Positions 37,501 to 50,050 of a stretch of DNA of 64,000 bases are shown here, one piece after another; the stretch's first letter is position 1, and each line of letters starts with the position of its first letter. The translations under genes were made by a program, and so were the position numbers. The notes below the pieces were generated by a model. It had not been told where the DNA came from. It ran no database searches and was given only the letters and a program-made list of their open reading frames with translations. The stretch is from Balanoglossus misakiensis (Eukaryota > Animalia > Hemichordata). The stretch lies in assembly GCA_040954595.2 (NCBI GenBank), contig CM082590.2, positions 6,820,001 to 6,884,000 on the forward strand, given 5' to 3'.

Positions 37501-40500
37501 GGTTAGGCTGCATTCACAAACACCTCTGGAGGGGGGGGGGGGGATTTGCAATATTTCGGGTTGTGTATGTGAAAATTAGCGGTAACAAAATTGAATTCTC
37601 CCCCCCCCCCCTCCAGAGGTGTTTGTGAATGCAGCCTTACTTCACTGTGATCATTATTTACACAACAATCACGTGACATGGAATTTAAATAACCTTCAAA
37701 AACAGTTTTCTCTATGTTTTGTGTTAATGCTTTGAGATGTCTGGCTCAAATTTGCGTGAATGCAAACTGTTGTCACTATCATACAATGAGTGTCTCAGAT
37801 TTTGTTTAAAAAATCCCCCAGATCGATTTTATGACTGAAAGAGTGAATTATTCTTTTTTTCTCTCCAAATACAGGACTATGGTGGCATCTCTTTTCGAGC
37901 CCTCATTCGCAAGAAAAGTCTTTCCGTGTTTCGACGAGCCCAGTTTTAAAGCAGTCTTCAAGGTCAGCGTGACCCACCCAAGATTCAACTTCGATACGGT
38001 GTTGTTCAACACGGACGTGGAGAGAAGCGAAGATGCAGACACTGGGTGGATACGGGAAACATTCCAAGAGACGCCGATTATGTCCACTTATCTGATTGGA
38101 ATTGTGGTGGGCGATTTGCGAAGTATAGAGAGGGAAACACAGAAGGGACGGATGGTATGTGTCATAATATGATTAATAGATACATACATACATACATGTA
38201 CAAGTACAAGTTAGTCATATTGTTCTTTGATGTCTAAAAGTAATTTGCGAAACAAGTGGCTCTGAAAAAGTCTACAGTTAATTTGCGAAAGACAGGTTTG
38301 ACTGTACATACATACATACATACATAGAGTTCGCTTGTTCATTCATCCATCCATTCATCCATTCATTCAATTGTTCCTTCCTTCCTTCCTTCCTTCATTC
38401 ATTCATTCATTCATTCAATCAATCAATCAATCAATCATTCCTTCCTTCATTCATTCTTTCATGCATTCATTAATTCATACATTTGTTCATTCATGCATTC
38501 ATTAATTCATACATTTGTTCATTCATTCATTCATTCATTCATTCATTCATTCATTCATTCATTCATTCATTCATTCATTCATTCACAGATCCGAGTATGG
38601 GCACGTCCGGAAGTCATCCACCAAATGAATCTCCTCTTAGACTTTGCTGAGAAGAGTTACGAGTTTTTCGATGGTTATTTTACAGGGATAGAGGACCCAG
38701 CACCCAAGACAGGTAAGATGAACTAAATAAATATTTAGCCCACAAACAGCATTCCTATACAAAATATCAAATTATATACATGAAGCAAAACTATTTGAAT
38801 AACACTTTGGTAATTCCTTGCAGCATAGGTTTGTAGAGACTACTGTAAAACACTTTATTTTCGCGAGCAATTAATTTTCGCCAAATACGCGAGAGCCAAA
38901 ATAACATGAAATTAAAAAGTCGCGTAAATTGTTTTTGAAGATAACGATGCAGTGAATGAAATATGAGAACACGAAAATTAATACTCGCGAAACAGTGGCT
39001 TCTCTCCATATCGCGAAAATTTTAACTCGCGAAAAATAAAGTGTTTTACAGTACATGTGTATTTAGTACATACCGAAGAATACGCTGAGAGAGATCGCCA
39101 CTTTCATGACCCCCATGTGGCCTTTACATCCTGGCTTTTTGTTATGGTTAGCCATTTTGAATTTAACTCTAGAACAGTCAATCGTACTGTCGAATATGTG
39201 CATTCTAACCCATCCTATAGCAAACATTTTCAATTTGTCACAAAAATGTGAATGTTGTGCGAATGCTGTATGTAAGGTCAACGCAAGGTCACGGAATGGT
39301 CAATCATAGGTAATGAAAGTAGTGGCCTATACACCTTCTGTTTTCATTTTTGTGTGTTGCAAATCTTTAATGTACATATGTTAATAAGCTACTGGAAATT
39401 TCAATGTGAAATTGGGCTCTTCACAAGGGTAACTGAACAGTTAATCTTCTTTGTTTCTGTATGGTCCTGTGTCTGTCTATTCTGGTATCCAGACCACTGT
39501 GTGTTTTAGATTCACACACAGGGTCTGGAAATGCAGTCAAATCTCATCGTTCTCGAAAATCTGCATGGCAATAGAAGTCAAAATGCGATGCCTCAGCAAC
39601 AAGGTCACCACGTGGTCTTGACTCTGATGTCGTTCAAGTCAATCACCTTATGTGACACATGCTGATTGGCAGTCTCGCTTGAGATTGGTCCATTTGAACT
39701 CCAATATGATTGGTCGATTCTAAGTCCTGATTTTGCATCAAGCTCAATACATTTCAGCCAATCTGTAGAAATCTATGTAAAGTCAGTCACGATAGGCAGT
39801 TACCATGGAACAGATATTGCTAATTAATGCTAATTATTTTCCAACTGTTGGCAACTGTCTGTCTGTTTGTCTGTTTGTCTTACTGTCTTTCCGTTTGTTT
39901 TACTGTCTTTCTGTCTGTCTGTCTGTTTGTCTTACTGTCTTACCGTCTTTCTGTCTATCTGTCTCTCCTTGCAGACCTAGTAGCTGTCCCAACATTCTTG
40001 TTCGCGGCTGTCGAAAACTGGGGATTGATAACCTTCCTGGAGAGACTTGTATTATACGACGAGAACAAGTCCGGCATCAAGAGAAGACATCAAATCCAAG
40101 AGGTTACCGCGCATGAAATTGCCCATTCTGTAAGTTTTCTTCTAGCATACAATTGTGTCCACATTTCTCTGCTTGTTTGAAGGTATACGGTCACCTATGG
40201 AAAATTAGCTACAGTTACCATGGCAAATTGAAATCTAACCAATCACGGATTTTCAGTGGGTGGCACACGCGAAAAAAAGAGCGCCATTCTATAGAACGCT
40301 CAAATACTCCATTTCAACCATATATGGGCGTATGTAAATTGGAGGTGACTGTATGCCTTTAATTTCATGCTAGGCAGTCAAATCTTATTATAATAATTGC
40401 AAGATTTTGAAAACATAATATGTTATGTATTTCAGGACTTCTCTGTGTCTAAATATTGTGTCTTTATATTCGGTACATAAACGTTTATCTTGTTCTGATT

Positions 40501-41229
40501 TTCTCTACCATAAACTTTCAATGTGACACAAAAATAATTAAGCTTCAGGAATTTAATTTATTTAGGGGGATAAGTCCCCTTTGCCAGAATAATTGGGGGA
40601 TTCTACTCTGACAAGGGGCTGGAGTGATATCTCCAACATGTGAGTGACATCATTTTAAGGGGCACTGGCCCCCTTGACAAATTGCTCAGGGTGCCAACTA
40701 GGGGTGTGTCCCCCGGGTCCTGTCCAGATGAAACACTGCAGGGTTCACTAGTCTTGTATTGCTCTCATCTTTTGAAGAAAATAACCAATGTTGATACATG
40801 AATTCTTTATCACTATTAGTGGTTTGGCAATCTTGTGAGTCTGAAATGGTGGTCTGATCTCTGGCTGAAGGAAGGCTTTGCAACATACTTTTCAATCGAA
40901 GCAATGGCCGCCATGGAACCACATTCTGATGCTGTAAGTTTTGAGTTTGTATTTTCTACTTTTCCGACTGGAAATCCCAGGATATTGGATGATTAATACG
41001 ATTTGATTAAAAGGATCATTGAAGTAATAATATACAAATCGACAGACACTATGTTCATAGTACATAGTCTAGTTCATCTAGTTCACAAAAGTTCTGGAGG
41101 TTGTGAATTAATTTGAGGACATATCTGATTCATTGCTCTACACTAATCAAATGTGGATACTTACCTATATGTGATTACGACAATAACACTCAATGTTGTT
41201 TAGAGTGGTGGTGGTGATGATGGTGGTGG

Positions 41230-41309
<80 letters not shown>

Positions 41310-44300
41310 GTAGTGGTTGTGGTGGTAGTGTTGTTGTTGTTGGTGGTGGTGGTGGTTGTGGTACTTATGATGAAAATGATGATGATGTTGATGAGGAGGA
41401 GGAGGATGTTTGGTCGTTATAGTGATAATGGCGATTGTGGTGATTATTTATATGATGATGATGTCGACGACAATGATGATGGCAATTAGGATGATGATGC
41501 TAATGTGTTATTGTTGATGATGATGATGATGATGGTAGTGGTGGTGGTGGTGGTGGTAGTGTTGTTCTTGTTGTTCTTGTTGGTGCTGGTTGTGGTACTT
41601 ATGATGAAAATGATGATGATGTTGATGATGAGTAGGAGGATGTTGGTCGTTATAGTGATAATGGCAATTGTGGTGATTATGATATGATGATGATATCGAC
41701 GGCAATGATGATGGCAATTATGCTAATGTGTTATTGTTGATGATGATGATGATGATGATGATAATGATGATGATGATGATGATGATGAAACTGAAAATGA
41801 TAATGATGACGATGATGATGATGATTCTTCATATCCATCCATCTTTCAGTTTGCTATATCCGTAGCCGACATCGTACAAAGAGCCCTCGACGTGGACTCC
41901 TACGCAAACTCCCACCCTCTAACCGTCCCAGGTGTAGAAGACATCGACATCATCGTTTCCAATTATGACGTCATCACATATTACAAAGGAATCGCCATAG
42001 TACGCATGCTTAAGATGATGCTGGGGGATGATGCATTCAAGAGTGGATTAAGGGTGAGTAATCTCTGGATAATCTCTATGGTTGTTTGCATTGGCCTAAT
42101 CTGCTTGAAAGTTTATGTAGAGATGGGTGGGTCTTTTTTCTTTAAAGCCTCTAGAGCTGCCACTTTTTGCATTATTTTCATGATTTTATTTTCCAACCTA
42201 AATTGGTCCACCAAAATAAACTTACTGATAGGTGTACATGAACATCTTATCAATGCCCGATTGTGACTGCATTTTGCAATTTGAACACGCTATGTATTAA
42301 AACGGTGCTGCACCGATTTAATCAGCCTCCATACAAACAGTACGCAGCTATCATGGCATGCGTCGCCAAGAGATGACAAAGTGATGCAAATGCAAGTAAT
42401 ATAGCTTAATGGTGAGGATTTTAGAGGATAACGAATATATTTGAAGTATTTTACTGTGAAAGGGAATTTTGGGACACAGAAAGCCGTACAAAGAAAGTCA
42501 AAGTAAAAAAAAATGAAAATATTATATTTAGGCGGACAGATCCCAATTGGATTAAAATCTAATGTAGAGATTGGTGGGTGTTTTCTCTTTAATCGTATTG
42601 TGTTCTGTAGTTCCGCCGTCCTGGGATAAAGAAAACTGACCCAACCATCACTACATCAGATCTTCATTGGGTTGACAGTCACCTTTTGCCATGTTACCAG
42701 TCATATTGCAACATTCGGTTAATCACTAACAGTGCCAAGTCAGTGGCAAACGTAGTCATTTTCCTACCCCCCCCCCCCCCTAGATTGCCGGGCATACTTG
42801 ACCATGGAGCGAATGAATTGGTATCAGACTGTGTAATGTCAAATATTTGTACAGCTGAGTACATACTAAACTGCCTCTGCTGGTAATTTGATCAGGCCAA
42901 AATGATCATAAACAGTGGATACAGCTAGATTGAAGCAGACGACCTTGTCTAAATACACACATGGCAGCTAATCAAAGAAACCAACTTCGTCAAAATACGT
43001 ATTCCAGTGCAATACGTATCTTTATGGGACTTGAGACTCCAACAGGTTATGACACCCGGTAGCAATAGGGTTAATTAAAATCTAATGTAGAGATCAGATG
43101 GGTGGGTGTTTTCTCATTAATTGTATTGTGCTCTGTACTTCCGCCGTCCTGGGATCAAGAAAAATGACCCAACCATCTCTACATCAGATTTTCATTGGGT
43201 TGACCATCACCATTTTGTCATGTTTTATACCAGTCATGTTGCAACATTCAGTCAAACTACTGTATAACAGATTTACAATATCCCAAGCGAGTCCACAATA
43301 AGATGATACTTCAATCACAAGAACTTATATTATCACCTTAGATTTACACATGCCCACGGATGGTTAGATGGTGTATCTAAGTCGCCGGATGACTATTGGG
43401 TCGGGTATGTGTTTTCGCGTGACCACCCTGCAAAAATCTCTGATTGGCTAAATCTCAACTTTACAGGGTAATTGTGACTAAATTTGGATTTGCGGCCGTC
43501 TGTCTTTAATGTCAATTAGATGTTCTGACAAATGCTTCTGCTATAATCTCTGCAGTCATACTTGAGAAGATATGAATTTGGAAATGCTGATGCTGACGAC
43601 CTTTGGGCTGAGTTCACCAGGGTAAGTATGAGTGGGGTCTTAAGAGTCTCTGATATGATATGAGACTAAAAACTCGCCCAAAATGAATACATGTGTGATC
43701 GGCCTTTACCATTAATTCATTTTGGCGAAATTTTTGCTCTCATATCCTACAAACGGGATGGGAGTTGTGTGTGGTCGAACGTTGATTCACTATATATCCA
43801 CATGTAGAAGAACATAAACGGTGTCTTGTATCAAACATAATTAATGGAAAAAGGGCAGCGAGAGAGAGACTTTGTCCTGGGAGGTGTGTGTGGTCGAATA
43901 TTGATTCTCTATATATCCACATGTAGAATAACATAAACGGTGTCTTGTATCAAACATAATTAATGGAAAAAGGGCAGCGAGAGAGAGACTTTGTCCTGGG
44001 AGGTGTGTGTGGTCGAATATTGATTCTCTATATATCCACATGTAGAATAACATAAACGGTGTCTTGTATCAAACATAATTAATGGAAAAAGGGCAGCGAG
44101 AGAGAGACTTTGTCCTGGGAGGTGTGTGTGGTCGAATATTGATTCTCTATATATCCACATGTAGAAGAACATAAACGGTGTCTTGTATCAAACATAATTA
44201 ATGGAAAAAGGGCAGCGAGAGAGAGACTTTGTCCTGGGAGGTGTGTGTAGTCAAACGTTGATCCACTATATATCCACATGTAGAAGAACATAAACGGTGT

Positions 44301-44895
44301 CTTGTATCAAACATAATTAATGGAAAAAGGGCAGCGAGAGAGAGACTTTGTCCTGGGAGGTGTGTGTGGTCGAATATTGATTCTCTATATATCCACATGT
44401 AGAATAACATAAACGGTGTCTTGCATCAAACATAATTAATGGAAAAAGGACAGCGAGAGAGACTTTGTCCCATTAAAACATTAATAGATCATATATTCCG
44501 AATTTTTCAGGTTGCTGCTGACGATATTGACGTCAAGGAGGTGATGGACACGTGGATATTACAGCAAGGATATCCTGTGCTCACAGTCACCAGACAGTCA
44601 CCACTTTCCCGCCAAATTTCAGTCGACCAGTCTCTGTTTCAAGTCAAGCATGATGACGTGAACTTTGACCTATCAACAGGAGAGTTCGGGTAAGGATTCG
44701 AGATCATTATTAATAAAGAATGAAATTACTGATGAAAGTTATAGGGAACAAAAAAAATACATTCAAATAGATGGATTCATGCATGCATACATACATACAT
44801 ACATACATACATACATACATACATACATACATACATACATACATACATACATACATACATACACACACACATACATACATACATACATACATACA

Positions 44896-44926
<31 letters not shown>

Positions 44927-47900
44927 CATTTTTGTCACTTCAGAATTTTGTGAATGCACAGGCATTTCTAGTGCAGTTTACCTTTAAATAATCAAGAACA
45001 TCATCTTTCAGGTATAAATGGTACATAAAGTTCAAATATAACTCCCATGACAACATTCCTGTCAAAGAAACCTGGATGAATAAAGAAAATAGTAAGTAAC
45101 TTGTATATTTTGATATAATTTATCGCTATACAAAGAGTAAAACAATCATGTATAGGATTACGTACCGACCACCATCAGTGAATGATTGACCCATCAGGGG
45201 CCTTATGTTTGATACAGGACACTGTTTATGTTATTCTACATGTGTATATGTAGTGAATGAACGTTCAACCACACACAACTTCCATTCCGCTTGTAGACAC
45301 GAGAGTGAAAGACTCGCCAAAATGAATAATCAGTCTCTACTGTTTATTTATTATGGCGAGATTTTTACTCTCATATCCTACCGACAGGATGGAAGTTGTG
45401 TGTGGTTGAACGTTCATTCACTATATATCCACATGTAGAATAACATAAACAGTGTCTTGTATCAAACACAATTAATGGGAAAAGGGGCAGCGAGAGAGAG
45501 ACTTTGTCCTGGGAGGTGTGTGTGGTCGAACGTTGATTCACTATATATCCACATGTAGAATAACATAAACAGTGTCTTGTATCAAACACAATTAATGGGA
45601 AAAGGGCAGCGAGAGAGAGACTTTGTCCTGGGAGGTGTGTGTGGTTGAACGTTGATTCACTATATATCCACAAGTAGAATAACATAAACAGTGTCTTGTA
45701 TCAAACACAATTAATGGGAAAAGGGGCAGCGAGAGAGAGACTTTGTCCCTTGAAACTTTCATTTTGGTCCAGACCACAGGTGGATTTCATTAAGGTTTAA
45801 TAGGAAAAGCAGACACAGTATTCCTTTTTTACTGTGTTTATCTAAAAATCAGCTGCTCACTAAATTTCTTCTGTGCAGCTGAAACTGTTTTAATTGTAAT
45901 TCCTGCAGTTGAGATCTCCATACCGTCGCAGCCCCAGGGCCAGTGGATTCATGGCAATGTTGAACTCTCCAGTTTCCTTCGAGTAAACTATGATCTGAAC
46001 AATTGGAATATGATCACCGAGCAGCTCATGACAGATCACAGGGTAAGTGCCATACTAGTCTAGTATGTATCTAGCCGTATTTTGTCGGCTTTGCTTCCAA
46101 AACTACTGTAAAACACTTCATTTTCGCGAGTTGAAATTTTCGCGATATCGAGAGACGCCACTGTTTCGCGAGTATTAATTTTCGCGTTCTCTTATTTTAT
46201 TCACTGCATTGTTATCCTCAAAAACAATTTACACGACTTTTTATATTCACGCTATTTTGGCTCTCGCGTGTTTGGCGAAAATTAATTGCTCGCGAAAATA
46301 AAGTGTTTTACAGTGTCCAGCCCCAACAGCCCACGGTTCACTACAAGGCTCTTCACTGACGCGCCCTCAACCATTCAGCAAAGGAGAAGCCCTATATGGT
46401 GTTGTGTAGCGAACCTCTCACCCGGGCACACATGCAATCAGTCCTTAAGCCTGCATGGACGACGAGAGGGGTTATGAGAGAGTCTAGCCTCACTCATGCC
46501 ACTGGCCCAATAAAACCCCATACCCCTTGCTGGGAATTGTGATGTAACTGGCCTCCCCTTGAAGTCACTCACATAAACTGTACAATGGTGATTGGGTGTG
46601 GATGATTGGCTAGTCTAGTATCTAGCCATATTTTGTCCGCTTTGCTTCCAAAACTACGCTTAGCCTCACTCATGCCACTGGCCCAATAAAACCCCACACC
46701 CCTTGCTGGGAATTGTGATGTAACTAGCTTCCCTCTGAAGTCACTCACATAAACTGAACAATGGTAAATGGGTGTGGATGATAGGCTAGTCTAGTATCTA
46801 GCCGTATTTTGTCCGCTTTGCTTCCAAAACTATCGTCTAGCCTCACTCATGCCACTGGCCCAATAAAACCCCATACCCCTTGCTGGGAATTGTGATGTAA
46901 CTGGCCTCCCCTTGAAGTCACTCACATAAACTGAACAATGGTAAATGGGTGTGGATGATAGGCTAGTCTAGTATCTAGCCGTATTTTGTCCGCTTTGCTT
47001 CCAAAACTATCGTCTAGCCTCACTCATGCCACTGGCCCAATAAAACCCCACACCCCTTGCTGGGAATTGTGATGTAACTAGCTTCCCTCTGAAGTCACTC
47101 ACATAAACTGAACAATGGTGATTGGGTGTGGATGATAGGCTAGTCTAGTATCTAGCCGTATTTTGTCCGCTTTGCTTCCAAATCTAACGCCTAGCCTCAC
47201 TCATGCCACTGGCCCAATAAAACCCCATACCCCTTGCTGGGAATTGTGATGTAACTAGAGTCCCTCTGAAGTCACTCACATAAACTGAACAATGGTGATT
47301 GGGTGTGGATGATAGGCTAGTCTAGTATCTAGCCGTATTTTGTCCGCTTTGCTTCCAAAACTATCGTCTAGCCTCACTCATGCCACTGGCCCAATAAAAC
47401 CCCATACCCCTTGCTGGGAATTGTGATGTTACTAGCTTCCCTCTGAAGTCACTCACATAAACTGAACAATGGTGATTGGGTGTGGATGATAGGCTAGTCT
47501 AGTATCTAGCCGTATTTTGTCCGCTTTGCTTCCAAAACTAACGTCTAGCTTCAACCATGCCACTGGCCCAATAAAACCCTATACCCCTTGCTGGGAATTG
47601 TGATGTAACTAGCGTCCCCTTGAAGTCACTCACATAAACTGAACAATGGTGATTGGGTGTGGATGATAGGCTAGTCTAGTATCTAGCCGTATTTTGTTCG
47701 CTTTGCTTCCAAAACTAACGTCTAGCTTCAACCATGCCACTGGCCCAATAAAACCCCATACCCCTTGCTGGGAATTGTGATGTAACTAGCGTCCCCTTGA
47801 AGTCACTCACATAAACTGAACAATGGTGATTGGGTGTGGATGATAGGCTAGTCTAGTATCTAGCCGTATTTTGTCCGCTTTGCTTCCAAAACTAACGCCT

Positions 47901-49813
47901 TGCCTCACTCATGCCACTGGCCCAATAAAACCCCATACCCCTTTGCTGGGAATTGTGATGTAACTAGCGTCCCCTTGAAGTCACTCACATAAACTGAACA
48001 ATGGTGATTGGGTGTGGATGATAGGCTAGTCTAGTATCTAGCCGTATTTTGTCCGCTTTGCTTCCAAAACTAACGTCTAGCTTCAACCATGCCACTGGCC
48101 CAATAAAACCCCATACCCCTTGCTGGGAATTGTGATGTAACTAGCGTCCCTCTGAAGTCACTCACATAAACTGAACAATGGTGATTGGGTGTGGATGATA
48201 GGCTAGTCTAGTATCTAGCCGTATTTTGTCCGCTTTGCTTCCAAAACTAACGTCTAGCTTCAACCATGCCACTGGCCCAATAAAACCCCATACCCCTTGC
48301 TGGGAATTGTGATGTTACTAGCGTCCCTCTGAAGTCACTCACATAAACTGTACAATGGTGATTGGGTGTGGATGATAGGCTAGTCTAGTATCTAGCCGTA
48401 TTTTGTCCGCTTTGCTTCCAAAACTACGTCTAACTTCAATCATGCCACTGGCCCAATAAAACCCCATACCCCTTGCTGGGAATTGTGATGTAACTAGCGT
48501 CCCTCTGAAGTCACTCACATAAACTGAACAATGGTGATTGGGTGTGGATGATAGGCTAGTCTAGTATCTAGCCGTATTTTGTCCGCTTTGCTTCCAAAAC
48601 TAACGTCTAGCCTCACTCATGCCACTGGCCCAATAAAACCCCATACCCCTTGCTGGGAATTGTGATGTTACTAGCATCCCTCTGAAGTCACTCACACAAA
48701 CTGTGCAATGGTGATTGGGTGTAAGGTTATAGTGAAGGCAGGGCTAATTTGTTACCCATCCTTAATTACACATAAGTATATCCTTTGTCCAATCCTTGGA
48801 AAAACAAAGTCTCTGATTGACTTCAGAGGGACGCTAGTTACATCACAACATCCTTGATTGGCTATGTGTAATTTTCCATGGAAATGTGTTTAATTTTGCA
48901 CAGAATATACTTAATGTGATATAACAAAAAGGGAGAATTTTTAGATCATGTCCATATTCAGAGTGTAAATTGAGAATATTTTTGTCTCGAAATTGACAAT
49001 GACCGATTTATAACTAATTTTTTTTTTCTTTGCCAGGTTTTTAGTGAAGCCAGCAGAGCCGCCATTGTTGATGATGCATTTAATCTTCAAAGGTAAGAGA
49101 GTCGTGAAAAGTAACTTTAATTTCATGTACAATTTTTTTCTAAATACAAACACCGCAAGTTTTATGAGCTGGTGGTTAAGTACAAATATATCTTAAAGGG
49201 AAGGGGTCGTCGCAAAGCGTGGGTGTCCCCCCTTGATGAGAATATGTCCTCCCATACCAGCACAAACCCCACTGCAGTCGCCAAGACCTACTAGGATCTT
49301 CAGTTGCTGTCATGCCCAGTCAACACTACAGTTGGCTGCTTTGTTCATTCTAAGAATTATCTAATTTCAGGGATTTGTGGATGAATTGTAATGTTTATAA
49401 ACAAACAAACGCGGCGCGACAACCCCTTCACTTTAATCAAATGATCCCTGACGCCATATTGGTGACAATCATCATTAAATTTTAGCTTCACATTGATATT
49501 CAGAGAGCGTTACATGTCGACAGCAAATACATTTTTGAGAAAAAAAACGATGGAGTCAAAGACAAATAACGTCAGTGAAGATTAAAGCTAAACATGAAAA
49601 TAAACACTTTGTGTTAATTCACTTACAGAGCTGGTCTTTTGGATACGGAGACAACTCTCAAGGTGACAATGTACCTGTCCGAGGAAGACAGCTATCTGCC
49701 CTGGAAAGCTGCATCCCGTGGTTTTGAATATCTTTGTAACAGATTGTTTTTAACAGACTATTATGGAAGGTTCGAGGTATAGTGTATCTTTCAAATAAGT
49801 TTATTACGCGTGT

Positions 49814-49844
<31 letters not shown>

Positions 49845-50003
49845 ATGTATGTATGTATGTATGTATGTATGTATGTATGTATGTATGTATGTTTGTATGT
49901 ATGTATGTATGTATGTATGTATGTATGTATGTATGTATGTATGTATGTATGTATGTATGTATGTATGTATGTGTGTGTGTGTATGTATGTATGTGTGTGT
50001 GTA

Positions 50004-50050
<47 letters not shown>

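Noticed and set aside
41193-41717. Poly-Met/Val and poly-His ORFs
   Set aside because: Trinucleotide microsatellite within intron 5 of the aminopeptidase.
43740-44410. Tandem 70-aa minus-strand ORFs resembling a small gene family
   Set aside because: They are translations of the 119-bp MITE-arm array inside an intron; the same peptides recur wherever family A occurs.
46056-48722. CRISPR or tandem ncRNA gene cluster
   Set aside because: Units are near-identical over their whole length with no spacers, and I recognise no Pol III boxes or snRNA/5S sequence.
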